From Candidatus Giovannonibacteria bacterium (GTDB taxonomy: Bacteria; Patescibacteriota; Minisyncoccia; UBA11713; 2-01-FULL-45-33): 64,000 bases of DNA. This document shows, piece by piece, positions 40,202 to 50,225 of this stretch. The DNA lies in the NCBI GenBank assembly GCA_016176295.1, contig JACOXN010000004.1, forward strand, positions 6,655-70,654, in the 5' to 3' direction. Each line of letters starts with the position of its first letter. Position 1 is the first letter of the stretch. The translations under genes and the position numbers were made by a program. Below the pieces are notes generated by a model. The model worked only from the letters and a program-made list of their open reading frames with translations, ran no database searches and was not told the origin of the DNA.

Positions 40202-40552
40202 TTAAAACTCTAGCCCTCCCTCCCTGGCTCCATCGGCCGCTTTTTTGATCCGGCCGTGATATTTGTATCCTCCGCGGTCAAAAACGACTTTCTTGATGCC
40301 TTTTTCTTTTGAAACGCCGGCTATAAGCTTACCGACCTCGAATGCGCGGTCGCTTTTCGTAAGCTTGTCCTTTTTTACTGCTTTATCGGAAAGACCTATC
40401 ACTGTTTTCCCGGAAACATCATCTATAACCTGCAAAAAAACATGTTTCGAGGACCGATAAACCGAAAGCCGCGGACGGGCCACCGTGCCCGTTATCTTCG
40501 CTCTTACGCGGTTATGCCTGATTTTACGTTTTATTCTTTTTATTTTTGCCAT
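40202..40552 (-). CDS. rplR: 50S ribosomal protein L18
   Basis: RPRLSVYRS, FDRGGYKYHGR. Confidence 0.97.
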   Translation of the reverse strand: MAKIKRIKRKIRHNRVRAKITGTVARPRLSVYRSSKHVFLQVIDDVSGKTVIGLSDKAVKKDKLTKSDRAFEVGKLIAGVSKEKGIKKVVFDRGGYKYHGRIKKAADGAREGGLEF

Positions 40553-40557
40553 ATTGT

Positions 40558-41124
40558 TTACGCTGTGGCTACGGCTTTCTTGCCCGCCTTTCTTCTGATA
40601 ACTTCCCCCTGGTAGAAAATTCCTTTCCCTTTGTAAGGCTCAACCGGTTTTTTGGAACGTATCCTCGCGGCCAGCAAACCCACCATTTCTTTGTCCGCTC
40701 CGCTCACCAAAATCGAGTTCTTCTCAACTTTAAATGTTACTCCGCCCTCCGCTTTTATCTTGACCGGATGGGTAAAACCGAGAGATAGCGTGAGGTCTGC
40801 TCCGTCAAGCGCAGCTTTGAAACCCACTCCTTCGATCATAAGCTTTTTTTCGTAACCTTTCGTTACTCCGAGTACCGCCCCTCTTACTAAAGAGGCTCCC
40901 GTTCCCAAAATGGCCGACGAATTCTTCAGCCCGCGAACGTCTTTTTTCAGCGAAACGAAAACTCCTTTGGCTCCGGCATCCAGTTCCTTTTCTTCAATTG
41001 AAATGGCCGCCGGCAGACGCTTTTTTACCTCGCCCATCGGGCCTTTGAATATAAAAAGCTCGCCGTCTATCCGGACAGTCACGTCTTTCCCCAAAATTAT
41101 CGGTTTTTTTGCTAATCTGCTCAT
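40558..41124 (-). CDS. rplF: 50S ribosomal protein L6
   Basis: LGFTHP, EPYKGKG, RRKAGK. Confidence 0.97.
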   Translation of the reverse strand: MSRLAKKPIILGKDVTVRIDGELFIFKGPMGEVKKRLPAAISIEEKELDAGAKGVFVSLKKDVRGLKNSSAILGTGASLVRGAVLGVTKGYEKKLMIEGVGFKAALDGADLTLSLGFTHPVKIKAEGGVTFKVEKNSILVSGADKEMVGLLAARIRSKKPVEPYKGKGIFYQGEVIRRKAGKKAVATA

Positions 41125-41133
41125 TTTATAAAA

Positions 41134-41523
41134 TTACCAAATCTCAAATAATAATTCTCCTCCGACTTTGTTTTTTCTCGCCGCTTCATCGGTAAGCAAT
41201 CCGCTGGGAGTGGAATAAACGCCTGTGCCGTACTTGTTCTTGACCGGAAATATTTCACGGTATCCCTTGTACACCCTTTTGGACGGCTTCGAAACCCGCT
41301 TCGCCCCGGAAATTCTGGGAGCCCCGTCGGTGTAATTGAGTTTTATCTCGATGAACTTTTTGCTCTTTTTTCCTTTTTTCGCGAGCACGCCGACATACCT
41401 GGATTCCTCCAGTATCTTTGCGATATCCCATTTCAAATTGGAATAGGGAATAGAAACGGTTTCTTTTTTCACCGCCTGCGCATTCCTTAGCCTTATTAAC
41501 ATGTCTGCTATTGGGTCAGTCAT
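41134..41523 (-). CDS. rpsH: 30S ribosomal protein S8
   Basis: DPIADMLIRLRN, RVSKPS, GGEL. Confidence 0.97.
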   Translation of the reverse strand: MTDPIADMLIRLRNAQAVKKETVSIPYSNLKWDIAKILEESRYVGVLAKKGKKSKKFIEIKLNYTDGAPRISGAKRVSKPSKRVYKGYREIFPVKNKYGTGVYSTPSGLLTDEAARKNKVGGELLFEIW

Positions 41524-41547
41524 ATTGGTTGAATAGTTAAATTACGA

Positions 41548-41733
41548 TTACCAGCTTGATTTTCTTATCCCCGGTATTAATCCCTCATTTGCGAGCTCCC
41601 GGAAGCAGATGCGGCAAAGATCGAAATCCCTCATGTATCCGCGTTTTCTTCCGCAGCGAAAACAGCGGCGCACAACGCGGCTTTTGAATTTCGGCGGTTT
41701 TAATGATCTGACGTATGTTGATGTTTTTGACAT
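41548..41733 (-). CDS. rpsN: 30S ribosomal protein S14, zinc type
   Basis: [15 protein letters not shown]. Confidence 0.96.
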   Translation of the reverse strand: MSKTSTYVRSLKPPKFKSRVVRRCFRCGRKRGYMRDFDLCRICFRELANEGLIPGIRKSSW

Positions 41734-41736
41734 AAA

Positions 41737-42285
41737 TTAGTTATTTGTTTTTTGCAACGGAAAACCCATTCTTCTAAAAAGTTCCACCGCCTCATCCCGG
41801 CTTTTAGAATTGGAGACAACGGTGATCTCAAAGCCAAAAATATCCTTGATGTTCTCCGACATGACTTCAGGAAATACAATATGTTCGCGAATGCCCAAAG
41901 TCAAGCTGCCGCCCTGGTCCACAGACTTCAATCCTATACCGCGAAAGTCGCGCATACGCGGGATAGCGAGGTTTATCAGCCTGTCCAAAAAGTCATACAT
42001 TCTTTTCCCGCGCAAAGTGACTTTGTATCCGACTATCATGCCTTCCCTCGTTTTGAACGACGAAATAGCTTTTTTGGTGGGCCGGGGCGATAATTTCTGT
42101 CCGGTTATCATGGTCAAATGTTTTTGAGCCGCTTCCACGGATTCTTTCTTCTCGCGGAGGCGCCCCGTGCCGATGTTCACCACAACCTTGGTAACTTTGG
42201 GGACGGCCATTACCGAAGAATACTTGCCGTGCTTCTGCAGTTCGGGAACTATCTCTTTATTATATTTTTCTTTTAGTCCTTTCAT
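41737..42285 (-). CDS. rplE: 50S ribosomal protein L5
   Basis: ITGQK, KVTLRG, PRMRDFRG. Confidence 0.97.
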   Translation of the reverse strand: MKGLKEKYNKEIVPELQKHGKYSSVMAVPKVTKVVVNIGTGRLREKKESVEAAQKHLTMITGQKLSPRPTKKAISSFKTREGMIVGYKVTLRGKRMYDFLDRLINLAIPRMRDFRGIGLKSVDQGGSLTLGIREHIVFPEVMSENIKDIFGFEITVVSNSKSRDEAVELFRRMGFPLQKTNN

Positions 42286-42287
42286 AT

Positions 42288-42593
42288 TTAAATTTCATTT
42301 TTACATTTTTTGCAGACCCTGGTTTTCTTTCCTTCCGTAAGTTCGTATCCCACACTCACACCTTTGCCGCAATTCTTGCAAAAAAGCATGGCGTTGGACG
42401 CATCAATCGGAGCCGGCATAGAAATTACCTGGCCCTTCTGACCTTCCTTTCTCGGCCGCTGATGTTTTTTTCTGAGAGCCACGCCTTCCACCACTATCTT
42501 CCCGATGCGGGGGAACGAATCCAAAACTTTCCCGCTCTTTCCGCGGTCTTTCCCTGCTATCACCACTACATTGTCATTTTTTTTGATCTTCAT
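42288..42593 (-). CDS. rplX: 50S ribosomal protein L24
   Basis: [14 protein letters not shown] motif. Confidence 0.96.
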   Translation of the reverse strand: MKIKKNDNVVVIAGKDRGKSGKVLDSFPRIGKIVVEGVALRKKHQRPRKEGQKGQVISMPAPIDASNAMLFCKNCGKGVSVGYELTEGKKTRVCKKCKNEI

Positions 42594-42955
42594 ATGATTT
42601 CCTCAGCCAGGGAGGTTATTTCAGTAAAACCTTTCTCTTTGATCTCTCTCGGTATCGGGCCGAATATGCGCCCTCCTTTCGGGGACTCGCCGTCTAAAAT
42701 AACCACCGAATTGTCATCAAAACGAATATAGGAACCGTCGGGCCTCCGCAGAGGATATTTCTGCCGCACTACCAAAGCTTTGTGGACTTCTTTTCTCTTC
42801 ACGGCTTTCCTGGGCTCGGCCGCTTTTACGGCCACGACGATAATATCGCCTATAGAAGCATATCTCCTTCTCGTGCCTCCCAATACCTTAATACATTGGA
42901 CCAGTTTCGCTCCGCTGTTGTCGGCCACGTTTAACATTGTGCGATGCTGTATCAT
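42590..42955 (-). CDS. rplN: 50S ribosomal protein L14
   Basis: [18 protein letters not shown]. Confidence 0.98.
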   Translation of the reverse strand: MIQHRTMLNVADNSGAKLVQCIKVLGGTRRRYASIGDIIVVAVKAAEPRKAVKRKEVHKALVVRQKYPLRRPDGSYIRFDDNSVVILDGESPKGGRIFGPIPREIKEKGFTEITSLAEEII

Positions 42956-43173
42956 AAAATTTCCTTAATTTTCCATCTCTTATCCTTCGACAAAGGACGG
43001 ACCGACTCGATAACCACGGTTTTTCCTTCTTCCACAGGCTCTTCGGAATGCGCTTTGTAGCGGTTGGAAATTTTCATATATTTTCCGTAAAGGGCGTGTT
43101 TTTTCAGCCTTGTCACTTCCACGACAACCGTTTTGGCCAGCTTATTCGATACTATTTTTCCTTTAAGTTCCAT
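42952..43173 (-). CDS. rpsQ: 30S ribosomal protein S17
   Basis: [21 protein letters not shown]. Confidence 0.96.
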   Translation of the reverse strand: MELKGKIVSNKLAKTVVVEVTRLKKHALYGKYMKISNRYKAHSEEPVEEGKTVVIESVRPLSKDKRWKIKEIL

Positions 43174-43175
43174 AT

Positions 43176-43376
43176 TTATTTATTAGCTCTGTAAACTGTC
43201 AATATCCGCGCGATGGTTTTTCGGATCTCCTTCTGTTCTTTCACGTTCTTTAATGACGTACCCTCCCTTCTCATGCGGATTCCCAAAAGCTTTTCGCGCT
43301 CGTCCGAAAGCATAGACAAAAGCTCGGCTTCGCTCTTTTCCTTTATTTCCTTTGATTTTGTCTTTGCCTTCGACAT
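43176..43376 (-). CDS. rpmC: 50S ribosomal protein L29
   Basis: IRKTIARILT; synteny. Confidence 0.92.
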   Translation of the reverse strand: MSKAKTKSKEIKEKSEAELLSMLSDEREKLLGIRMRREGTSLKNVKEQKEIRKTIARILTVYRANK

Positions 43377-43393
43377 GATATTTTATTAAATAA

Positions 43394-43807
43394 TTAATCC
43401 CTGAAAACAAATTTTGTCCTTATGGATAATTTCGCTCCGGCGCGGCGCAAAGCCTCTTCGGCGATGCTGCGCTCGATGCCGTCCATTTCAAAAACTATCC
43501 TGCCCGGCTTTGTCGGAAAAACATATCCCACCGGCTCTCCTTTTCCTCCACCCATCGTAACTTCCGGCGGTTTGTGGGTAATGGGCTTATCGGGAAACAC
43601 GCGTATCCAGAGCTTGCCCCCTCTTTGAATATAGCGCACCATGGCTTTTCTGGCGGCTTCCAGCTGTTTGGAATTGATGAGACCCGCTTCTTCGGCTTTC
43701 AAACCAAAGGCCCCGAAAGCGAGGGTATAGCCTCTCGTCTCTTTCAGTTTCCTTTTGGTAGACAATCTCTGCCACTTTCTGTGTTTTACTTTCTTGGGAA
43801 ACAGCAT
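43394..43807 (-). CDS. rplP: 50S ribosomal protein L16
   Basis: WIRVFPDKP, MGGGKG. Confidence 0.97.
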   Translation of the reverse strand: MLFPKKVKHRKWQRLSTKRKLKETRGYTLAFGAFGLKAEEAGLINSKQLEAARKAMVRYIQRGGKLWIRVFPDKPITHKPPEVTMGGGKGEPVGYVFPTKPGRIVFEMDGIERSIAEEALRRAGAKLSIRTKFVFRD

Positions 43808-44484
43808 TATTGTTCGTTCTTATTTTTGTTAAACACTTCTCCCCTATAAATCCATACCTTAATACCAATATCACCGTATGGCAAATGGGCCCGGAAACGC
43901 GCAAAATCTATATCCGCGCGAAGCGTCTGCAAAGGAATTCGTCCGCCGCGCAGCCATTCATAGCGCGCCATCTCGGCGCCGTCCAACCGGCCGGACAAAG
44001 CAACCTTGGCTCCCTTAACTTCGCGGGATGCCATCATTTTTGCGAGATTCAATTTCATCACCCTTCTGAAAGGAAGCCTTTTTTCAAGGTCGAGAGCGAT
44101 TTGCTCCACCATCACGCGCGCGTGAGCCTCCGGGTTCTTTACTTCCTCGACGGTAAGCTTGATATTTTTTGTCCCTACTTTGGAACCGACATCCAATTTC
44201 TTGATGTGAGCGGTCAAAAGAGCCTTAAGCTTTTCAATACCCTCCCCTCCGCGGCCGATTATCAAACCGGGCCTCGTGGTCTTAATTATTATCGTAAGCG
44301 AGTCCGGCGAGCGCTCGATGTCGATGGCGTCTACGAACATGCCTCTTAATTTTTCATCCAAAAATTCGCGCAAATTCAAGTCTTCGCGCAAAAGGTATCT
44401 GAATTTGCGCAAATTGAACCAGCGGGATTTCCACGGACGGATCACGCTTATTCTCATTGAATATGGATGCGAAGAATGCGACAT
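43807..44484 (-). CDS. rpsC: 30S ribosomal protein S3
   Basis: RPGLIIGRGG, GRLDGAEMAR, PLQTLRADID. Confidence 0.97.
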   Translation of the reverse strand: MSHSSHPYSMRISVIRPWKSRWFNLRKFRYLLREDLNLREFLDEKLRGMFVDAIDIERSPDSLTIIIKTTRPGLIIGRGGEGIEKLKALLTAHIKKLDVGSKVGTKNIKLTVEEVKNPEAHARVMVEQIALDLEKRLPFRRVMKLNLAKMMASREVKGAKVALSGRLDGAEMARYEWLRGGRIPLQTLRADIDFARFRAHLPYGDIGIKVWIYRGEVFNKNKNEQ

Positions 44485-44485
44485 A

Positions 44486-44818
44486 TTATTTGATATCTAA
44501 AATAATGGTAATGTGGCTGGTTCTCTTGTTGATGGGGGAAGCGGAACCGCGGGCGCGCGGCATAAAACGCTTTAAAGTGGGGCCTTTGTCCACGCGAATG
44601 CTTTTTACGAAAAGTTTATCCCGCTCCGCGCTGAAATTGTGGCGCGCGTTGGCCACAGCTGAATTTAAAAGCTTTTTTATCGGAGTTTTGGCGCCCCGCT
44701 CAAGGAACTTCAAAGCGGTTTCGGCTTCACCCACCATTTTACCTCTGATGGTATCGGCCACAACCCTGACCTTCCTGGGAGCTATGCGCAAATAATTCAG
44801 TTGTGCTTTTATCTCCAT
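44486..44818 (-). CDS. rplV: 50S ribosomal protein L22
   Basis: RIAPRKVR, PRARG, RTSHI. Confidence 0.97.
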   Translation of the reverse strand: MEIKAQLNYLRIAPRKVRVVADTIRGKMVGEAETALKFLERGAKTPIKKLLNSAVANARHNFSAERDKLFVKSIRVDKGPTLKRFMPRARGSASPINKRTSHITIILDIK

Positions 44819-44822
44819 ATTT

Positions 44823-45152
44823 TTATTTCTTAGGTGCGGGGGCCGCCTCTTTGGCTTTAGCTGCTTCGGCGGCTTTCTGCTCTATCTCTTTCTGCATCTT
44901 GCCGCCGTGCCTGATAAATTTCCTGGTCGGGGAAAATTCACCCAATTTGTGCCCCACCATTTCCTCCGAGACACTTACTTTGATAAAATCCCTCCCATTG
45001 TGCACGCCGAAAGTATAACCCACCATTTCCGGGCTGATGGTCGAGCGCCTGGACCAAGTTTTAATGATCGTGCCGGAATTAGCCCTGACCTTGGTCATTT
45101 TCTTCAGCAGTCTTTCTTCTATATATGGGCCTTTTTTTAAACTTCTTGGCAT
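44823..45152 (-). CDS. rpsS: 30S ribosomal protein S19
   Basis: RSLKKGP, KTWSR, GHKLGEF. Confidence 0.97.
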   Translation of the reverse strand: MPRSLKKGPYIEERLLKKMTKVRANSGTIIKTWSRRSTISPEMVGYTFGVHNGRDFIKVSVSEEMVGHKLGEFSPTRKFIRHGGKMQKEIEQKAAEAAKAKEAAPAPKK

Positions 45153-45165
45153 AAATAGTTATACT

Positions 45166-45996
45166 TTAGTTCTTAGTGCGGCGGCTGATAATCAATTTGT
45201 TGGAATATTTCTTCGGATTTCTGGTTTTGACGCCGCGGGTGCCTCGCCCCCACTTGTTCTTGGGACGGCGGGTTCCTCGAAGCTGTCTTCCTTCTCCTCC
45301 TCCGTACGGGTGGTCAACCGGATTCATCGCCGAACCTCTTACCGTGGGGCGTATACCCATCAGACGCGAGCGGCCGGCTTTGCCGATAACTACAAGATTG
45401 TTCTCATCATTTGAAACCTGTCCGATGCTGGCCCAGGCTGCGGCCAGAACTTTTCTGACCTCTCCGGAGGGAAGCTTTATCAAAGCGTACCCGCTGTCAT
45501 GTGCCAAAAGCTCGGCAAAGGAACCGGCAGAGCGTACCAAAGCGGCTTTTCCTTCGGGGGCCAAAGCGATGTTGTATATAAAAGTTCCGACGGGGATGTT
45601 TTTCAAAGGAAGCCTGTTCCCGGCAAGAAGCGGAGCGGATTCGGAAACAATGATTTCCCGGCCCGGAGCCACGTCTTTCGGTATCACAATGTAGCGCTTT
45701 TCGCCGTCTTTATACATAAGAAGCCCCAGAAAAGCAGTCCTCCCAGGATCATATTCCACGGCAAGCAGCCTGGCCGGAATATTTTTTTTATCAAAGCGAA
45801 AATCCACCAGGCGTATCAGCCTTTTTGCTCCTCCTCCTTTGTGGCGGGTAGTGATGCGGCCGCGGTTGTTCCTGCCCACCGCGCGATGCAAGCCCAAAAC
45901 CAGGGATTTTTCCGGGTCTTTCTTCGTGATGAAATCCCGGTACTTGATACCGCTCATTTGGCGCCTGGATGGTGATGTGGGTCTGTACGTTTTCAT
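45166..45996 (-). CDS. rplB: 50S ribosomal protein L2
   Basis: GRNNRGRIT, EYDP, MNPVDHPYGGGEG. Confidence 0.98.
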   Translation of the reverse strand: MKTYRPTSPSRRQMSGIKYRDFITKKDPEKSLVLGLHRAVGRNNRGRITTRHKGGGAKRLIRLVDFRFDKKNIPARLLAVEYDPGRTAFLGLLMYKDGEKRYIVIPKDVAPGREIIVSESAPLLAGNRLPLKNIPVGTFIYNIALAPEGKAALVRSAGSFAELLAHDSGYALIKLPSGEVRKVLAAAWASIGQVSNDENNLVVIGKAGRSRLMGIRPTVRGSAMNPVDHPYGGGEGRQLRGTRRPKNKWGRGTRGVKTRNPKKYSNKLIISRRTKN

Positions 45997-46001
45997 ATTA
46001 T

Positions 46002-46424
46002 TTAAAACGCGTCTATTACGCCTCCTTCTTTCAGCGTTACGATAGCCTTTTTAAAACCGGACTTTGTTCCTTCAATCCTGCCGACGCGTCTTTTTTTCTC
46101 AGGCATGTTCATAACATGCACGGAGCCGACTTTGACATGATATCTGTCTTCAACGGCTTTTTTTACCATTATTTTGTTGGCTTTCGGCATTACTTTAAAT
46201 ATATATTTGGTTTCCCCTTCCGACGACATCATTCCGCCGGCTTTTTCCGAAATATGCGGGGCCAAAAAAACACGCGGGCCCATTTCGCTTTTCCCTCTTG
46301 CCTTCAGATCGGCTTTCTTTTCCTCAACCGGAGTTTCCGAAGGTTTCTCGGCCTTCAAAGCCCGCTTTTGGGCGGTTTTCTCAGCTTCCTTTTTTTGAAA
46401 TCTTTGTAGAAAATCAAATGCCAT
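46002..46424 (-). CDS. rplW: 50S ribosomal protein L23 with N-terminal extension
   Basis: PHISEKA, ANK, KKAIVTL. Confidence 0.94.
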   Translation of the reverse strand: MAFDFLQRFQKKEAEKTAQKRALKAEKPSETPVEEKKADLKARGKSEMGPRVFLAPHISEKAGGMMSSEGETKYIFKVMPKANKIMVKKAVEDRYHVKVGSVHVMNMPEKKRRVGRIEGTKSGFKKAIVTLKEGGVIDAF

Positions 46425-47067
46425 ATGTTTTTTTGAGTTCGTCTATCGAAGCTTCGTCTAATACCAAATATTTGTGGTTCAATATCAAATTTGTGTTCAA
46501 ATTCCTGGGCTCTTTGGCCTGAACGAAAGGCAAGTTTTTTATGGAACGCACAATATCGTTCTCTTTGGGGATAGCCACAAGAGATTTTCCTCCGACAACG
46601 CCCAAATATTTAAATCCTCCTTTTTCACGTAAATTCTTGAAGATCCGGAACGCTTCTTTGGTTTTGGGCGCCGGTACGCTGAACTTGTCCAAAAGGACGA
46701 TTTCATTGTCCTTTAATTTTTTTGAAAGAAGGGAAAACAAGGCTCCGCGCTTCATTTTTTTGTTTATCTTCACCTGATAATTCCGTTCTTTGAGCGGCCC
46801 GTGCGTAACTCCTCCGCCTCTCCATATCGGAGAACGGATGGAACCGTGCCTCGCTCTTCCCAAATGTTTCTGTTTCCAGGGCTTCTTGCCTCCTCCTCTG
46901 ACCTGGCTACGGTCTTTGGAGTCAGCCCAGGGCATACGGGCGTTCGCCCTTTCCCCGTCGTAGACCTGCTTTACCAATGCGGGCCGCCAGTCAACGCCAA
47001 AAATACCTTCCGGTACTTCCGCCGCCCCGACTTTCTGCCCTTTTACATTATAAGTATCGATTTTCAT
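46414..47067 (-). CDS. rplD: 50S ribosomal protein L4
   Basis: RGGGKKPWKQK, GSIRSP..GGG. Confidence 0.97.
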   Translation of the reverse strand: MKIDTYNVKGQKVGAAEVPEGIFGVDWRPALVKQVYDGERANARMPWADSKDRSQVRGGGKKPWKQKHLGRARHGSIRSPIWRGGGVTHGPLKERNYQVKINKKMKRGALFSLLSKKLKDNEIVLLDKFSVPAPKTKEAFRIFKNLREKGGFKYLGVVGGKSLVAIPKENDIVRSIKNLPFVQAKEPRNLNTNLILNHKYLVLDEASIDELKKTYGI

Positions 47068-47069
47068 TT

Positions 47070-47244
47070 GGTTCTTTAAAACAAAACGAGCGGGTCAACC
47101 CCGCCCGGTAATACAACCAAAAATACGGAATTTAAACCTTTACCCGCCTAATTTTGCTCCGCAATATTGGCGGGTCCTTTTATGGATTTTTCGTTCATTT
47201 CTCACAAGTAATAAGATACTAGCACATTGATTTTCGGAGCGCAA
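47070..47244 (-). promoter_or_regulatory. Putative rplD promoter and structured leader
   Basis: TTGCGC-17-TAGTAT; two hairpins, the last followed by a T tract just before the ATG. Confidence 0.55.
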
Positions 47245-47252
47245 GAGTGCGC

Positions 47253-47489
47253 TTATTTATAGGTATTATCGTTTCTGCGTTCGATTGCCAGCAAGAATAT
47301 CTTTTTATTAGCGATGCGATAAATAATCCGAATATTTCCTTTACGAATCCGAAAAATATCATTTCTACCCTTAAGTTTTTTAATATCCAGATCATCCAGC
47401 CGATCTTTTTTGATCCGCATCAAAATATCTCTTACCCATTCCCTCTCCTTGGGTGACAACCGAGCGAGAGCTTTATCGATGCGGTCCAT
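47253..47489 (-). CDS. RelE/ParE family toxin
   Basis: IKKLKG..FRIRKGNIRIIY, ERR..TY. Confidence 0.88.
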   Translation of the reverse strand: MDRIDKALARLSPKEREWVRDILMRIKKDRLDDLDIKKLKGRNDIFRIRKGNIRIIYRIANKKIFLLAIERRNDNTYK

Positions 47490-47492
47490 AAT

Positions 47493-47735
47493 TTAGAGGC
47501 GTGACAAAATTTGGCTCAATTCCACACCTCCTTTTTTAAATTTAGTGAAATCAACGGCGGTCTCCCACACACCTTCCCCTTCATCAACCGGAGTGATATT
47601 AAACACCGGCTCCGAACGACGAATCACGGTAAATGATTTGCCTTTGTTGATTTCGGAAATATAACTCTCCATGTGTTCTCTTAACTCTTTTAGCCCAACA
47701 AACTTATCTTTGGTATTGATTTTGTTCATACGCAT
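47493..47735 (-). CDS. Phd/YefM-like antitoxin
   Basis: GLKELRE..INKGKSFTVIRRSEP; true start may be 47729. Confidence 0.85.
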   Translation of the reverse strand: MRMNKINTKDKFVGLKELREHMESYISEINKGKSFTVIRRSEPVFNITPVDEGEGVWETAVDFTKFKKGGVELSQILSRL

Positions 47736-47765
47736 AAGTTTATCTTAAGATAAACTTCGTGTCAA
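47736..47765 (-). promoter_or_regulatory. TA promoter with operator palindrome
   Basis: TTGACA-17-TAAACT overlapping the perfect 22-bp palindrome AAGTTTATCTTAAGATAAACTT (47736-47757). Confidence 0.8.
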
Positions 47766-47782
47766 ATTTATGAAAACTTTTT

Positions 47783-48373
47783 TTACCCCCTCACTTCGAG
47801 CAGGGTTCCGCGGTTGCCGGGAACGGCACCTTCAACGGCCATCATGTTCCGGTCGGGAATGATTTTTATTACCTTGAGATTTTTTACCGTTATCCTGTCG
47901 CCTCCCATTCTTCCCGCCATGCGCTTCCCTTTCAAAACCCTCTGCGGCCAGACTGCTCCGATAGAACCCGGCTCACGCTCCGAGTGCTTTTGGCCGTGAG
48001 TGCGTCGGCCTCCTTTAAATCCGTGCCTTTTTACCACACCCTGAAATCCTTTTCCCTTGGTTATGCCGGAAATATTTACCTTCTCTCCTTCCTTGAAAGT
48101 TTCAACTGTAATTTTGTCCCCCACATTGAGGTCGGAAACATCCCGGGCTTCCCTGAAATATCTGTAATTTCCAAGCTTTTTCTGGGGCTTTTTGGCTCTC
48201 TTATCTTTTTTGGAGCCAAACCCAATCTGCACGGCGATATATCCGTCCTTTTCCTTAGTTTTAGGCTGTGTCACAAATATCGGACCGGCCTCAAGCCAGG
48301 TAACGGGGTGTATCTTCCCGACATCGTCGAATATCTGGGACATTTCTATTTTTTTAGCGAGAATGAATTTCAT
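47783..48373 (-). CDS. rplC: 50S ribosomal protein L3
   Basis: KGKGFQGVVKRH, THG, PGSIG, GAVPG. Confidence 0.97.
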   Translation of the reverse strand: MKFILAKKIEMSQIFDDVGKIHPVTWLEAGPIFVTQPKTKEKDGYIAVQIGFGSKKDKRAKKPQKKLGNYRYFREARDVSDLNVGDKITVETFKEGEKVNISGITKGKGFQGVVKRHGFKGGRRTHGQKHSEREPGSIGAVWPQRVLKGKRMAGRMGGDRITVKNLKVIKIIPDRNMMAVEGAVPGNRGTLLEVRG

Positions 48374-48497
48374 AGCAATTGAAGAATATCATATTATAAA
48401 CCTTGCAAAAAAGCAAACAATACGCTAATAAAAGTGAGGCGGAGCAGGAAGCACATTAACAACCCACATGCTGCCCAGGCGGCAGCTAGGAGGAAAT

Positions 48498-49676
48498 ATG
48501 GAACATTCCCAGGCGGAATTGTTGAGAAAGTTAAGCAAAATATACGACGAGCCGGAATTGATTTCAATTGTAAATCTTTGCGGCACCCCGTCATTAGCTG
48601 AGGAGATAGCGGAAAGGCTTGAATACCCGACCTCGCTGCTTCGAGAAACACGCTACGCCGGCATTCTAAAGAAAGACTTTCCAGAAATTTACGCGAAGAC
48701 AGTCCAAAAGATCATGCCACTCTGCTTTAATATGAACAAAAAAGACAGGACAAAAACCAAACATTTTTCCTGTAATTGGACCTCTCGTGAAAAAACTAAC
48801 GAATTTGAACTGGCAGGCACCATGCTAATAACTCCACATGCATTTCTCCCGCCGGTTTTTTGGGATTATGAATTGTTTTTTGAAAAAAACAACGAACTTG
48901 TTTTTTCGTCTAAAACCGCAATTCCGGCACACAAGAGAACAGACGTAAGATGCATCTTTACCGAAGGTTCTCGATCAATTCCTGTCGGCCTGCTGCTGGT
49001 CTGCAACAAACACAGTAACGAATTCACATTTCGCAGAACAATAAAAGACGACGAAACGTACTGGTGGAGCAGAACTAATCCGGTGGGCAATAGGCTTACG
49101 CTTGGGCTAAAGGGCGAAATATTTGGGGCAGGAATTGAAAAAAAGTCCTATAACAATGTGCATCGGCAAGTTACGCTTCGTACCCTTGGCGACACTGAGA
49201 AAAAGTTACTTGAACCGTGGGACACTACATACTTACCAAGATGTGTTATCTATCATCTTGTTCTGGAGGAACAGCTATGGTATCCGGACGGCCAGGGTGG
49301 AAGCCTACGGTATTCGCTAGAAATGAGATATAAGCCGCATGCAGACAACTTGCAAGAAAAAAAAGATACACTGGCCTCTCGAGTAATATTCCATATGCCT
49401 TTTAATCACTATGCGTATAATACCGGGCCAGACTACAAAATCTTAACTTCCGTATTCCAAATAGACCGCGCACCGGAGCCTACAAGCAATAGGGAGAAGT
49501 TTGCCGACCGCGTGGCAAAAATGCTCAAAGGCACGCCAGAACAAATAGAATTCCTGCCAACTCTCCAAAATTTTTTTTCTTTTAAACGAAATAGTGATTT
49601 TTTTGAAATTTATAACGAGGGAGCACATTGGGATCCTCTTGTGCTTCCTAAAACAAAAGAAGCTAAAGCCGAATAA
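48498..49676 (+). CDS. Hypothetical protein, antisense within the S10 cluster
   Basis: AGGAGG SD before ATG 48498; 392 aa; own terminator at 49679-49712. Confidence 0.8.
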   Translation: MEHSQAELLRKLSKIYDEPELISIVNLCGTPSLAEEIAERLEYPTSLLRETRYAGILKKDFPEIYAKTVQKIMPLCFNMNKKDRTKTKHFSCNWTSREKTNEFELAGTMLITPHAFLPPVFWDYELFFEKNNELVFSSKTAIPAHKRTDVRCIFTEGSRSIPVGLLLVCNKHSNEFTFRRTIKDDETYWWSRTNPVGNRLTLGLKGEIFGAGIEKKSYNNVHRQVTLRTLGDTEKKLLEPWDTTYLPRCVIYHLVLEEQLWYPDGQGGSLRYSLEMRYKPHADNLQEKKDTLASRVIFHMPFNHYAYNTGPDYKILTSVFQIDRAPEPTSNREKFADRVAKMLKGTPEQIEFLPTLQNFFSFKRNSDFFEIYNEGAHWDPLVLPKTKEAKAE

Positions 49677-49772
49677 TCAAAAGCCACCCCGACAAATCGG
49701 GACGGCTTTTTTTGTTTGTTCCAGTTCTTTAGGTAATCCCGACGTAAAGTCGGGATGAAGGTTTGACCGTCA

Positions 49773-49805
49773 AAAAACCAACCTGCATCCGCAGGTTGGT
49801 TTTTT
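49773..49805. terminator. Bidirectional terminator after rpsJ
   Basis: AAAAACCAACCTGC-ATCC-GCAGGTTGGTTTTTT. Confidence 0.8.
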
Positions 49806-49817
49806 GAGTCAATTCCT

Positions 49818-50225
49818 TCACATCTTCACCTCAATGTCCACTCCGGCGGGGAGGCTGAGGTTAGTCAGCGCGTCCACTATTTTGGGAACCGGGTTTAAAA
49901 TATCGATAACGCGCTTGTGAACCCGCATTTCGAACTGTTCTCTCGCGTTTTTGTGGACGAAAGAGGAGCGATTGACGGTATATTTCTTTATCTCTGTAGG
50001 CAGAGGTATGGGGCCCACGATGACGGCGCCGTACCGCAAGGCGGTATCCACAATCTGCTTGATGGATGCATCCAGTATTTTGTGATCATAAGCCCGCACA
50101 CGTATCCGCAGCTTCGCTTCAGCGCCTGCTTCTTGCTTTTCCACCTTTTTGGAATGGGCCTGCCTTGAATCTGGGCGGGTTTTTGAAACTTTCGGCGCTG
50201 ATTTAGTTTTTGGTTTGGTTGCCAT
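49818..50225 (-). CDS. rpsJ: 30S ribosomal protein S10 with N-terminal extension
   Basis: [27 protein letters not shown]. Confidence 0.97.
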   Translation of the reverse strand: MATKPKTKSAPKVSKTRPDSRQAHSKKVEKQEAGAEAKLRIRVRAYDHKILDASIKQIVDTALRYGAVIVGPIPLPTEIKKYTVNRSSFVHKNAREQFEMRVHKRVIDILNPVPKIVDALTNLSLPAGVDIEVKM

